A stretch of DNA of 63,865 nt, the filler included, from Reticulomyxa filosa (Eukaryota > Protista > Foraminifera), in NCBI GenBank assembly GCA_000512085.1. It is 22 parts of 22 records of this genome, joined end to end, with 100 filler letters (N's around TTAATTAATTAA, not from the genome) between each part and the next. Parts side by side here need not be neighbours in the genome. Positions count along the whole stretch, not along the records: positions 51,251 to 54,340 come from ASPP01022059.1; positions 54,441 to 55,942 come from ASPP01000414.1; positions 56,043 to 60,322 come from ASPP01008097.1; positions 60,423 to 63,865 come from ASPP01021157.1; 18 more parts are not named here. The stretch is one strand, 5' to 3'. The notes below the pieces were generated by a model. The model worked only from the letters and a program-made list of their open reading frames with translations. It ran no database searches and was not told where the DNA came from. The position numbers and the translations under genes are program-made. Below are positions 51,340-63,865 of the stretch, piece by piece. Numbering within the stretch: the first letter of the stretch is position 1; each line of letters starts with the position of its first letter.

Positions 51340-52659
51340 TCGAATATAAAAAATAAAATCTAAGACAAAGTGATCAAACCACAAGGATTTGTTTTGCCTC
51401 AAATCATTTTGCAATGCAATGACTACATTTGGAAAGGAGTAGCATTTCATTTGTGCAAATGGAAACTCATTTCTGATTTGCATAACGCTGATATAATCAT
51501 CGATGACCATTTGATTTTGATTGCGATACTTTTGCAAATAAGACATTTCGAATTCGTCGTATCGAATCCATTCATCAAAGATGCTTTGTTTGCTCAGTTC
51601 GTCTAACAATGGGAACTCTACGACGAATCGATGAAGATCGTTGTTGTTGTTGTTGCTGGCCTTGTTGCTCTTGGAAAGTCCCTTTATTGAATCCACGTTA
51701 TTGCCGTTGTCGGGCGTGTCATCTTTATTGTCATTGGAGCCAACACTGACGGCAGATCGATTCGCACTGCTTGTTGTGTGATCCGTCGACAACAGATTGG
51801 AATTGTTCGAATTGGAAAGAAAAGGTTTTTGATGAGTGGATAGTGGGATTGATGATGCAATATCGTCATTGTTATTGTTTTCGTTGCTGTCATTGTGGTC
51901 ATTTGGATGCGTGTGTTGCGAGTCTTTCTGTGGAGATTCAACAGTGACCGGTAGTTGAGAGGTGACAGGGACCGATAAAGGCATCGCGAGCTCATTCGAT
52001 TGCAACAATTGAGACGTGGATCGAGTGTTCTTTTGCATGTGAAAACCACTTCCATTCAATTTCATTTCCGATATTGACATTATTATTAATTCATTAGTGT
52101 CCATTGAATATCTTTCTGTTTGTTCACTCGCTTTGTTATTATTTGCATCCTTTTCGTTTTTATCTTTCTTTCCTTCCTCTTTCTCCTTCTCCTTCTCGAT
52201 CTTTTCTTTATTTTCTTGCTCGATCTTCATCTTTGATAACTTTTGAGAGATATTTGCTCTTGATGTTGATCTTTGCTCTTGTTGCTGTTGCGGTTGTTGT
52301 ACTTGAAGTCGTCTTGGTGTTACACTCAATTCTGGTACTGGGGGAGGGAATGGCGATGATGTGCATTCCCTTTCATCACCCTCATTCAAAGATGGCCATT
52401 GTACGGATAATTTTCCTGTTGCTACTTCTTCGTTTCCATTTGCTACCGAAGCATATGGCACATGCTCCAAACCGATTGACAAAGACGAAGAGGTCTTGTT
52501 CATGCCTTTATCGGTTCTTGCTTCATTGTTTTCATTTGGAACTGCCGCCGAGAGCAACAGTGATTTTTCATTTTCGGAATCCTGCTCTTCAAGTTGAATG
52601 CTGGGTGTTGTAATCTCTGGAAGCTGGTCTTGACTTACATTTCTTCTGTGATGCTTCAT
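51340..52659 (-). CDS. Hypothetical protein with a long disordered N-terminus, 3'-partial
   Basis: ATG at 52659 (MKHHRRNVS...) and about 430 open codons. A globular-looking segment starts at DLHRFVVEFPLL. Confidence 0.7.
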
Positions 52660-52845
52660 CACTTTGCAAAAATGATTAGAAGATTTTCCTTTCAAAAACT
52701 TTTCCTTGAGAGTTGTTTGGAAACAACACACTTGGGGCTAAGATTTAAGAAATTTTTACATTGAAATTATATTCATAATAAAAAAAAAGTGAAGCTTTAA
52801 AAATTTTGTTGCAATTCTCTCTTTCTTGACAACCAACAGTATGGT

Positions 52846-53789
52846 TTAAATTTTAACACAATGGCTGGCATGTGTCATATAAAATCCACGAAATCCATGC
52901 TTCAAAACACAAACAGTTTGTTTTGGAAAAGATGATGAACGACGTGCTTTCCAGTAAATCCCAGCGGCGGCAGGACCGCGTTGCTGAGAAAAAGCGCAAT
53001 GGAAGATCAAATATCGTTTATGTTTGTACGTGTCCATCAACTGATTTACATATTTGCTGCTTTCAAATTCGTATCGAGGATGATTTGTGGCTGTCTTAAT
53101 TTTGTAATCCACAAAGTCGTCGTCTCTGACATCAATGACTTGAACGAGGTCCTTTTTGGACTCGTCGTTCAGCCATTCAACAAGAGTATTGCCGTCAATG
53201 TATACTATCGTGTCAGTTTCCTCATCCTCTGTTTCGTTCGTGTCATCATCATTTCCGGATGTGGACTATACAATGCAGTTGCTTCATTTGTTTGTGCGTG
53301 GGTGTTTTGACAAACAATAGTAACTGTCGATACATATAGATTTTTGTACTCTGGTTTTTTTGGTGGATACTTTGCCGAGAATCCATTGAATCCTCCCGAT
53401 AGCACGTGAACGGATTGTTGAGGATAGTCTTTGTAGGCTTTGTCGTTCGCTCTTACTTTGGCGTAGACACTGGCCGCGCTAGGTCCTCGTGACTGTGAAT
53501 ATGCACAGTGAAATATTACATGCGCTTTCTCTCGGTATGCTGGGATTATGTATCGAAGCTCTGATTCAAATCTCTGCGATGGATGATTTTTAGACTCCTT
53601 CAGACACAGTGGGCCATAGTCGCTGTCTCGTACGTCGATTATTACAAAGTCAGGTTTTTCTTTGTTCTTCTCGTCACTTAACCATTTCAACAGCGTTTCT
53701 TCTGACAAATATTTCCAAGGTCGATCAGATTTGAATGACTCAAGAGTTTTCTCTGGGGAGGAAATTGCTGACGTCTCACTCTGGGCCAT
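52846..53789 (-). CDS. Tandem Cdc25-like rhodanese (Acr2/Ych1/Ibp1-type) phosphatase/arsenate reductase, 2 exons
   Basis: Domain 1: IIDVRDSDY...IFHCAYSQSRGP..VLSGGF. Intron 53333-53266 (GTATCG..TATAG) joins in frame through an acidic linker. Domain 2: VIDVRDDDF...IFHCAFSQQRGP..VLKHGF. Confidence 0.87.
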
Positions 53790-54039
53790 GGACAGTCCTC
53801 TGAAAAAAACCTTCCTAGAAACAGACCTTGTTCAAACAAGCGCACCAAAAAGTTTTGGCTGGTGAACAAAGAAAAAGGCCAAAAGATAAATTTCAACAAT
53901 ACAGGTGGTTGTTATATTGGATAATGATATATTTTACTGAACAAAAATCATTCTTAAAAAAAAGTGGGACAAGAAAGATGGTACTAACTCCAAGAAAATA
54001 AAAAAAAGGAAAAATTCTCGACCACGTAATCCAATAATA

Positions 54040-54340
54040 ATGGGCCAATCATGTCCGTGCAGCAGTGAGGAGCCTGGAAAAACGTTGGAAACTACATCCA
54101 AATCTCGACAGAACAAAGAAACAGAGAAACATTTGTTGAGGACAAGTACTGAAAGTTCGTCGGACAAAGGTGAAGATGTGAGTGACGACGAAGCCGAAGA
54201 TGATGCAATGGGAGAACCAAGTGGCAGTTATAACGAAGCAATGAATGTCAATGGAGGAGATGTTGCAAAGAAAGAAGAAATCTATAAAGCTTGGCGAGAG
54301 GCACTATTAGATGGCAATACCTCGTTGTTGGAGTATTACA
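54040..54340 (+). CDS. Putatively N-acylated protein (MGQSCPC), possible ankyrin repeat start, partial
   Basis: Gly2 plus nearby Cys residues, an acidic linker, and WREALLDGNTSLLEYY at the contig end. Confidence 0.55.
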
Positions 54341-54440
54341 NNNNNNNNNNNNNNNNNNNNNNNNNNNNNNNNNNNNNNNNNNNNTTAATTAATTAANNNN
54401 NNNNNNNNNNNNNNNNNNNNNNNNNNNNNNNNNNNNNNNN

Positions 54441-55521
54441 TTTTTTGTCAATTCAACAATTACATTCTTCCAGCTAAAAAAAAATAAAATAATCCAACTC
54501 TCAAAGTCACACTACGCAAAGATGCAGAACAGACTACTATACCTCCCGAAAATGCTAAATGGTAAAAAGGTTAAAAACAACACTAATACTTTTTTTTAGT
54601 TTTCGCGGTCCATTATTTTCATTTCCATTGAATCTTTGTCCTTTGGCAGCAGTATAAGAATAATCCTTTCTTGATGCTGCACATTTGATTGGAATGCATC
54701 TTCATTCCTTATCAATCTTGCTTTGCGAATCTATCCAAGACTGAAGATGTCGTTAAGATATTGAAAGATAATGATATTCAGATTGGATATTCAATGGTAC
54801 AATGGCATCTTATGGAACCGTTCAACTTCTTGTGTTTGATATCCTTTTTTTTTTAGATGAAAAGAATGTAAGTTGTTAAATTGACAAAAAAGGCAAAATA
54901 TTGTAAAACAAGCACCTCATTCAAAATTGAACACAGTGCTAAATGATACAATATGTTACAAAAAGTAACTAACAAATAACATTCATGCTCCAATATTGAA
55001 GCAATAAATTTTACTTTAAAATTTGTTTTGGTGAAAACAAACATTGCAATATTTTATAATTCAAAATGATGTCAATTTACCAACAAATGTAATCATCACA
55101 TATTCACATTGCTCAATTCTGTGCAGCTCAGAGAGAATCCAAGGGTCCCTTTGGGACGATTGTACCATTGAATATCCAATCTGAATATCATTATCTTTCA
55201 ATATCTTAACGACATCTTCAGTCTTGGATAGATTCGCAAAGCAAGATTGATAAGGAATGAAGATGCATTCCAATCAAATGTGCAGCATCAAGAAAGGATT
55301 ATTCTTATACTGCTGCCAAAGGACAAAGATTCAATGGAAATGAAAATAATGGACCGCGAAAACTAAAAAAAAGTATTAGTGTTGTTTTTAACCTTTTTAC
55401 CATTTAGCATTTTCGGGAGGTATAGTAGTCTGTTCTGCATCTTTGCGTAGTGTGACTTTGAGAGTTGGATTATTTTATTTTTTTTTAGCTGGAAGAATGT
55501 AATTGTTGAATTGACAAAAAA
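54441..55521. repeat. 363-bp perfect inverted repeat with a 355-bp spacer
   Basis: 54441-54803 is the reverse complement of 55159-55521 (ends checked by eye). The spacer holds a diverged direct copy (~54845-54925) of ~55480-55555. Confidence 0.9.
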
Positions 55522-57249
55522 GCAAAATATTGTAAAACAAGCACCTCACTCAAACTACTAAATAATATCCCAAGATTATGGAATGACGAAGCAGCAAAAC
55601 AAGATGGGTGTTGATAATAACAAGATTAGAAGGAACACAACAAAAAGGAAAGCACCAGATGGCGGATTAATAAATGAAGAAGGCAAAGCATTCTCACTCA
55701 ACCTTGCAAGTTGTTGTGTCAAATACACAACACAATGAAGAAAAGAAAACTGATGATATTACATTTGAGAACATATGGAAAAAGAATATGAAAACTCGAC
55801 AACAGTTTCTTTGCTCCAACGTTGTAGTCACTACAATAAAATCCAAAGAACTTAGACCAGCAACATTAGTGATTAAGCTCCTTAGATTAAGGCAAAAAAA
55901 AATAAATAAATCCTATATCAGATCATTGTGACGATCTGACACNNNNNNNNNNNNNNNNNNNNNNNNNNNNNNNNNNNNNNNNNNNNTTAATTAATTAANN
56001 NNNNNNNNNNNNNNNNNNNNNNNNNNNNNNNNNNNNNNNNNNTAGTGCAATTTAGGTATGTCAGTTTTTTTTGCAATCTAATGTATATTGTTGGTTGTTT
56101 CAATATACATACTTGAACAGTTGCATCATATTAGCCAGAACAAATTTTATATCTATTTCTACAAATCACACCAATATTATTACTTTTATTGTCATTGATA
56201 TAGTAACATTAAAAATTTCTTCATTTGGCGATACAAATATGTTTCATCTTGGAGTAACTTTTTCTCTTTAAGATAATTAGTAACAGGAAAAGTATTAAAT
56301 CATAATGTCCATAAGCAAACAGCAACGCCCCACATGTCCGCATAGAAACAATCATGCATTGTTTTTGGATGTCCTTTGGTCTAAAACCATTTTATTTTTG
56401 TTTTTTTAGGAATTTATTGGAAGTAAAAAAAAAAAGCAACTTCCGGTGCCATGTGGGTTCTTTACCAGTACGGTAGTCACATAATCTTTCATCTTTTTCA
56501 CTAAAATCAAAAGTTGTTCCAAAATCAATCAATTTAATCCTTGGTTTGAATATATCTCCAACTTTGATTTTTATTATATTATATATTTATCTTGTTCCGT
56601 TAAAAAATATATTGGCCAAAAAACCAAAAAAGTTTGCGCGGTCAGATATAACAAATTGTCCAGTGAACAGTCTAAATGAGCAATGCCATGATAATGTACC
56701 CAATCGATGTGCCAACTATAAATATATTATAAATAAAATTTGAGACCTTACCAAGTGTAGTATTGAAGCCATTTTTCACTGATGGCAGCACTGCGTTCTT
56801 CCTCAAGTTTATTGTACAAAAAGAAAGACAATTTGCGCACGTTCTAAACTTTTTTTTTAGGGATTTCTCAGTCGCTACAAAGAGTTAATTACAATCAACG
56901 ATGAGCCCTTTAAACAAGCTTTGGGCTTTTGAACCCCTTTGTCTGTTTTCTTTTAATCCATTCCATAATGAACGTCGAAAAACAAAAAAAAAAAAAATGA
57001 ATTTTGTATACAAAATAAAAATCTATTGCTGCTTTTTGCATTGCAAATAAATTTTTTCTCCCAAGAAACCATTTGCAGTCAATAATTTCATTTATTTTTT
57101 TTATGTTTAATAAAAATTTAAACCTTCAAAATATTTGCAAATTGTGTCCACTAGTCCGAATTTGTCACGAACTTTCCGATCTGTTCCGTTCACAAAAAAA
57201 TTTAGCTTAAAAATTAAATTTAAATCACTAAGAAAATCCCAAGGAAAAG

Positions 57250-59450
57250 ATGAGCAGAGCAGAGAATGAGAAAATTCCAAAAGAGGTTAAAACTGGAGTG
57301 ACTCTAGCTTCTATTGGACAATCTTGTTTCAACAAAGACTGGATGTTGCAGTTGAACCAACCAGAACAAATTGATAATTTTATTTGTTTAATTTGCAGAC
57401 AAGTCACCAACAATGCTATTGAAATTAATTGTCCACAACATCAAGTTCTTGATATGTCACCTATTGTTGGTGAGAATTGCTTAAAACAATTTTTAAATGC
57501 CAACCCTAATTCCTGTCCTATTCAATTTCACAATGGTTGTTTATATGCTCAAACCAAGATTGCTCAACGGCAGATTGATTCCTTGAAAGTGATATGTCCG
57601 CTACAATTTGAACAGAATTCATTATTATCTACTCAAGGACGACAACAAGGAGGAGAAGAAAATGAAAGAATAATGTGTGATTTTAAAGGGAAAATCAAAG
57701 AATTAAAAAATCATCTAGACAATGTGTGTCCTTTGAAATTATTTGATTGTTGGTACAAACCATTTGGATGTGAGTATAGTTGCCATAAACACAAGCTACA
57801 AGATCATTTGAGTTCGGAAGTAAAGTTTCACTTTGACTTGGCTGTGAAACTTGTTCGAACATTACAAGTTCAATTTTTTTTCTTTTTGAAATCATAAAAT
57901 AAAAAGACAATTACGAATAAAATAGGAAGAAATAAAGCAATTGCAATTACAACCACAATTGAATGAAAAAATGAATGATAACAATGAAGTGTTGATCAAT
58001 GAAAACGTTTTACTAAAGAAAAAAGCGCAGCAACTTCAAGCAGTCATTCTCGAAATGGAGAAAGAGAACTTGAAAAAAGACATTGAATTAAAAAGCAAGA
58101 TAATTGAATTGCGACAAAAAGAGTTATTGGAAAAAGACAATGAAATGAAAAAAACTCAAAGAGAGTTACTCAAACTACGTGCTGATATTGAAACAATGAG
58201 AAAAGATGTTATTGAAAAGAAAAAAATGATTATGATGAATTCATCAAGGAATTGCAAAAGAAAGACGAGAAAATCAATCAAGATATTCATAATCTTTCCG
58301 AAAAAGAAGAAAAAAATGACGATACGTTATTATCTTCAAACGTCAAACATTATTCTTCAACTTGTTCTTTTGATTTGTTTTGTGCATCATCCAAATTACT
58401 CAAAACGTTCAATGGACATACAAATGCTGTGTGGGGTATTGATTATTCAACATTTGATGATTGTCAATTCATTTGTTCTGGATCAGATGATACACAGTTC
58501 GTGTATGGGATGTAGAAACGGCCAAACAAATTCAAATTCTCAATGGACATACAAGTGGTGTGTGGTGTGTAAAATTTTCGCCATATCATCGCAATTGTCA
58601 TGGAGGAAGTCATCGTGGTAATGTCATTTGCTCTTCCTCACAGGACAAAACTATTCGCTTTTGGGATTTTGAAACAGCCAAAGAATTTCAAGTGTTGAAT
58701 GAACACACAAATTTTGTTGGTGGATTTGAATTTTCACCATTCAATAATGGTCGATATTTATGTTCTGGTGGATGGGACAGAACTATTCGTTTATGGGATG
58801 TTGATACATTCAAAACATTACATGTTTTCAATGGACACACAAATGCTGTCTGGTGTGTAGATTTTTCACCATTGCAAAGCAATAACAACAGCAACATAAA
58901 TAATAGCGTTGGTGTGATTGGTGGCAATGGATATAATATTTGTTCTGGATCTTTTGATAACACTATTTGCATCTGGGATATTGAAACAGTCAAAGAACTT
59001 GCCGTTTTCAAAGGACATGATCATTACGTATGTAGTATTAAATATTCACCATTTGAAACAAATATACTATGTTCTGGAGCAAATAATATTCATTTGTGGG
59101 ATATTCGATCGAAAAAAGAAATTCAAATATTCAAAGGACACACAAGTCAGGTGTGGGCCGTTACATATCCACCTTTTGTAACAAGTAATGATGGCAGTAG
59201 TAGCAGCATTACAAATAGCTGTGGCAATATCATATGTTCTGGATCATGGGATAATACAATCCGTTTTTGGGATGTCCGAGCAAACAAACAATTGTTTATG
59301 ATTAAAGGGGAAAATAAAGATAACGGAATATGTTTTCTTCAATTTTCTCCGTTGAGAAACAAAAAAAATCAAATTAAAAGCGCTAATCATAGTTGTGATG
59401 TTAACTTATGTTATAGTTCAAGAAATGGCCCCCTTCGTGTTTGGGGATAG
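57250..59450 (+). CDS. RING/TRAF-like Zn finger + coiled coil + WD40 repeat protein, with two frameshifts (errors or young pseudogene)
   Basis: FICLICRQV, CPLKLFDCWYKPFGC...LQDHL, intron ~57868-57925, a coiled coil, and WD repeats (GHTNAVW..; CSGS.D.TIR.WD). Indels at ~58220 (A-run) and ~58492. Confidence 0.9.
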
Positions 59451-59819
59451 AACTATTTTTCAAACGTAGTAAAAATTTATTGATTTCTTCGTTGAAAATG
59501 GTGTTGTTTGTCGTAAATGATAAACGTACAAATATAATTTGTTTATTTTTGGCTTTTTTTATGATTTTGCTAATACGATTTTGGCTTTTGTTTAATCATT
59601 AATAACATTAAAGACCACTAAATTATGGAAAATATGAAAAATGCATTTATGCTTAGATTTAACCAAATTGCAACGAAAGATTTGTAATATAACAAAACAG
59701 AGATGGTTAAATTAATTTAAGGGCATATCGCATGTGTAATTGAATAAAAAGCTGTGAAACTGAGTTTAAAAACGTTTTTTTTGACAGCCTAGAATAAAAA
59801 ACTTGAGGGACTGCGAAAG

Positions 59820-60322
59820 ATGACCGATGCAGATGAGACCGAAGACTCAACGGAAACTAGTAAAGGTGGAGCAGCAGTCCAAATTTATGCTCGTTTGCGC
59901 ATGTTGATGCCATGGGAGCCAAAAAAGATCTCCGTGAAAGTGTTAGACGACAACGTAGTGCAGAACAAAACGGACAAAACAACGAATGAGTATTCATTTC
60001 AGCACGTGTTCAATATGAGCAAAACGAATGAAGATTTGTTTAGAACAATGTGTAAGCCACTGATCCGACGAGTGTTGGAAGGTTACAATGCAGTGTTGAT
60101 TGCATATGGCCAAACGGGAAGTGGAAAGACACACACGTTATTAGGAAAGCTCGAGCAAAACGTGAAAGGTGTGTTGCCATTGTCATTGGAGGCATTGTTG
60201 GAAGCCCCTTCCGTCAAATCGATTGAGCTGAGTGGCATCGAAGCCTATGGCACGCACGTTAGTCGCATTGAGTTATTTGATCTGTTCGACAACGCAAACA
60301 AAGACACGGATTGGAGCAAGAA
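59820..60322 (+). CDS. Kinesin motor domain, N-terminal part
   Basis: VQIYARLR, YSFQHVF, VLEGYNAVLIAYGQTGSGKTHT (P-loop), and IEAYG...LFDLF. Confidence 0.92.
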
Positions 60323-61189
60323 NNNNNNNNNNNNNNNNNNNNNNNNNNNNNNNNNNNNNNNNNNNNTTAATTAATTAANNNNNNNNNNNNNNNNNNNNNN
60401 NNNNNNNNNNNNNNNNNNNNNNGTTTGATTTGTTAATAGGCATGCCCCCATCAAAAAAAATTTTTTGACCCCACCCCCCTTCAAATCACAAAGAAAAAAA
60501 ATAGGATTGGAATTGGAGCTTAGCTCCAAGAATCAAAGTTTTTATTTTTTTTTCTTCAAAAAAAATGAAAAATTATTTGATTTTATCATGCTTATAGGTT
60601 GCAAATCGTCGACGAAAGATTGGAATTTTTTTTTATTTTTTTTATTTTTTTATTTTTTATTTGTATTGGGGAAGATATGGGAAATTGGGGAAAAATAAGG
60701 TGAAAATTGGGGGAAAATAAAGGGAAATTTGGGAAAATGAAGGGAAAATGAAGGGAAAATGAATGGAAAATAAAGAAAAAATGGGGAAAATATCATTAAA
60801 AGATTGTGAACATTTTATTTAAGAAAAATTTGAAAAAAATTATATTTTAGAAAACTAAAAAATAGAAAAGAAAAAAAAAAGATAACGATTGTAAAAAAAA
60901 AGAAAAAAAAAGAAAATAATTCGAAAAAAGAGAAAAAAGGGGGGAAAATGTTGGAAAAAGACGGGAAAATACCCGCAAAAGCGCTAAAACAAGCGCTAAT
61001 TTTATTGCTGCGACGACCAAGAAAGTTTGATCGAAGTGGCAAACGTGACAAGTGAGAATTTGTTTAGTGTTAGTTGAAGAACTCTATTTGTGAGTTTGGC
61101 TCAATTTGGAGTAATGTGAGAAACTCAAGCCAAGATGCTGGCAAAAATGAAGATAAAGACTCGAAGAAAATGGATCACAATAGTCTGTG

Positions 61190-63865
61190 ATACTTAGTTG
61201 GTTTTTGTTTGTTTTTTTTTAAAAAATACTTCTAGGCTTTGTATGCGTAAAGACCAGCAAATAGCGATTTTGCGTGTTCTCAAATACGCATAACTTCTCA
61301 TAGAGCGCTTCAATGGAACTGCATGACGGGCGTGGCAATATCAATAAAATGGTAACTTACCTGAATCATTGGAAGGACTTGCACCAATAAAGCGAAACTG
61401 GTTGGTAGAGGTAATCGAATTTTGTGAATGTTTGTTGACAATGATGTCTCTATTTTTGAATGTGATAGCGAACGTTCAATAACAACAACAGGCACATCCA
61501 AGACGCAGACCTCTATGGGCTCAAAAAGTGAAAACAGTGGCAATTCTAACGTCGCCGAAAGAAAGAGCTAATAAAATATCGAGATTGGAATCGGAACATC
61601 AAGACGACCTCTGACCGCCGACGAACAAGAACAAGAAAAAGTATTTGGAAGTGCCCTCGCCACAAGAGCGGCCAGTGCGAATTGGTTTTGGTGATAAAGT
61701 TGGAATAATTTGATTAACTTGATAGAATTTGTTCAAGACAAGCTGGATCTTGGCGCATCATGACCACAAAATCGAGCTGCCAAGATAGATAAAAACCAAG
61801 ACTTGTGATTATCTTTCGATATTTGCGAATGGCCAGGAATTATACGTAACGAAGCCAAGATCACTGGCAAAAAAGGAGAAGAATAAGCAAAGAAAGGATA
61901 TTCCAAGAGTCCAGAGCTGTACCGCGTTGGATTTGTTTTTGTTTTTTTAAAAAAAAAAGTTTGTAGGCTTTTTCTGCGTTAAATTATGAAATTTCTCGTT
62001 ATGAACACGAGTTGCGGTTTTGCGCGTTCGCAGATATGGACGAACTTCCATAGTGTACCCCCCAATGGAATTGCTGGACGAGTGTGGCAATAATATCAAG
62101 ACAGTGGCATCCGAATCATTGGAAAGACTTGTATATGTATACGTTGATGGCGAACAAGTCTATGCGGATGATTATCCTTCAATGAAAACATTAGGGGCAG
62201 TTCAAATGGAATTCAATAAGTCAATGCAACTCTACACATGATGGCACAGCAGCAAAGAGGGAGCGGAATTACGATTTACGGGAGGGCCAAGTATAACAAA
62301 TATTGTGAAATAGCCGGCCAAAAAAAAAAAGGATACAAACATCAATGATTCCTTTAAGGCATTTCGGTTATTTGCGGTATCACATTTATTTGTGCTTTAT
62401 GCAATGAACACTGCACAAAAAATTCGACAATTTATACGTGTGTTTATAACCTACTAATAATGCAAGATCTTTTTTTATTTTAAAAAAAAAAACAAAACAT
62501 TAATGTATACGTGTGTATATGTGTAAATAGAGACAAATGCGAACAATAAATCGAAAACTGGTTGGTGGTAATAGAAGTTTGTGATATGTACCTAATATAT
62601 CGCGTAACGGGAAAAGCGCAAGCGATTTCGCTGATTTCGTATTCACGGTGTAGTGATCGTAAGTGGATTTTGTTGGCAATGTTATTGGACGTTCGCTATC
62701 ACGTTTCAATAACAGAGACAACAACAACCACCACGACGACAATCACAGACAAGACGCAGACTTCTTCCAATGGGCTCAAACAGTGGGAACTCCTTGGATC
62801 TCCAGTCCAAACATCGGATATGGTCGTCGCCCTTGTAGTGAGAGTATTTCCAATAACGAGAACAGATGGGCTTCGTATTTTGAAAGATTTCAGTCGCGAT
62901 ATGGCATTATAACAGCTGAACAAGATTATCTCAAGTAAATCCCGGACAATCTTGATTTTGCAGTCGGGCGGCATCAAGATCCAGTTTCCAAGATAAAAGA
63001 AAGGAAAAAGTGATGATATCGCACAGTACTAACGATGTGAACTTACGGTGTCGCAACGGAGGCAGCGGTGGGATTTACTGAAGAAATAGAAAAAGATGAA
63101 GGTGGCGGTCGAGTAAACCACGACATCCGAAGAATCATTTCATATTCGAATGTTCAATTTGATGGAGTAGTTATGCGAAGCTCAAGCAATGATCATCTGC
63201 AAACAAGAAGGGAAGAAGGAGATGATAAATAGAAGAGAACTCCAAGACTCCAGGGGGGATGGGCTATACCGCATTGGATTTTTTAAAAAAAAAACGTTGT
63301 CGGCTTTACTGATTGTGGAATGATTCTTCACACACGCAAATGGCAGCTTTGTGCGCTCTCGGACGTGGATTAACTTCATAATGCGCCAACCGAAGCTGCT
63401 GGATGATCGTGACAATATCAAGCGAAGTGGCAATGATGATATGGTAATGGTGACAACGAAACACAGCCTATGTTCTTCATTGTCAATTGTCCCAAGATAT
63501 TGGACTGGTGTTGTGTGCACTGATATTGCGTGCCGTTTCTGTATTCCAGAAACTTTGGCTCGGTGTGCGCGGAAGACCTAATGTTGCTGCACCATTTGTT
63601 ACGAAGAGCAACAACGCCGCACCAGTCGATAATTGGATCAACGATTCAAAAGCCGCTCCACCATTTGGCGAAGCAAGGTAATTAATCACTTCAATGTGTT
63701 GGAGGGTCTCTGGACCATGCTGGATGGACACGTTGACAACGTCAGCGTCAACAGTCGATCGTATTGTAACTCCTCCTCCAGAAGCGTCGTCGCTGTAGAT
63801 ACGTATTTGGTTACCAAAAATCGAATTACTCGGACTCGAGAAGTGGAAGTATTTGATATTGACAA
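61190..63865 (+). pseudogene. Decayed, internally duplicated coding-like region
   Basis: Diverged direct repeats: AAACTGGTTGGT-G-GGTAAT-GAA (~61395/~62556), CAAGACGCAGAC..ATGGGCTCAAA (~61500/~62750), and intron-like TTTTTTAAAAAA..TAGGCTTT (~61205/~61935). Confidence 0.4.

Noticed and set aside
7143-60422. Regularly recurring TTAATTAATTAA as a biological repeat or PacI-site array
   Set aside because: It is always embedded in N44 blocks, so it is an artificial joiner. ORFs running into X residues or ending 'LIN' are artefacts.
60670-60970. GGGGAAAAT-type repeats as a telomere or satellite
   Set aside because: Irregular units near a contig start, consistent with low-quality homopolymer over-calls.
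1-63865. rRNA, tRNA or CRISPR arrays
   Set aside because: None recognised by eye. A tRNAscan/Infernal run would be needed to exclude divergent small RNAs.

Overview
This is not one continuous locus. It is 22 short assembly contigs joined by 21 identical 100-nt linkers (N44-TTAATTAATTAA-N44, which put stops in all six frames). Nearly all of it is AT-rich, intron-containing eukaryotic DNA with microsatellite-derived poly-N/Q/S tracts, many decayed pseudogenes and homopolymer indels. The Zn-finger/coiled-coil/WD40 gene with an 'NNNSNINNSVGVIGGNGY.ICSGS.D.TI..WD' signature points to a foraminiferan such as Reticulomyxa filosa; this is inferred from family recognition, not from a search. Recognisable genes: mitochondrial NNT, a DNL zinc-finger Hsp70 escort, a TM-RGS protein, a modular-exon LRR protein, a RhoGAP fragment, a spartin/senescence domain, a TMEM135-like protein, a PHD-finger protein, a FUT8-like glycosyltransferase, a double Cdc25-like rhodanese, a TRAF-Zn/WD40 protein and a kinesin. 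Repeats include a fossil Tc1 element, a TA-CAGTA MITE-like family and a 363-bp perfect inverted repeat. One contig (32684-34472) looks bacterial. It carries the 3' end of a group II intron and a 5'-truncated SF1 helicase/PD-(D/E)xK nuclease gene that is joined to a double Zn-ribbon module across an A8 frameshift. Other standouts are a gene built from one 'YxPSxSTGVFGSY' motif per exon and LRR repeats separated by same-phase introns.
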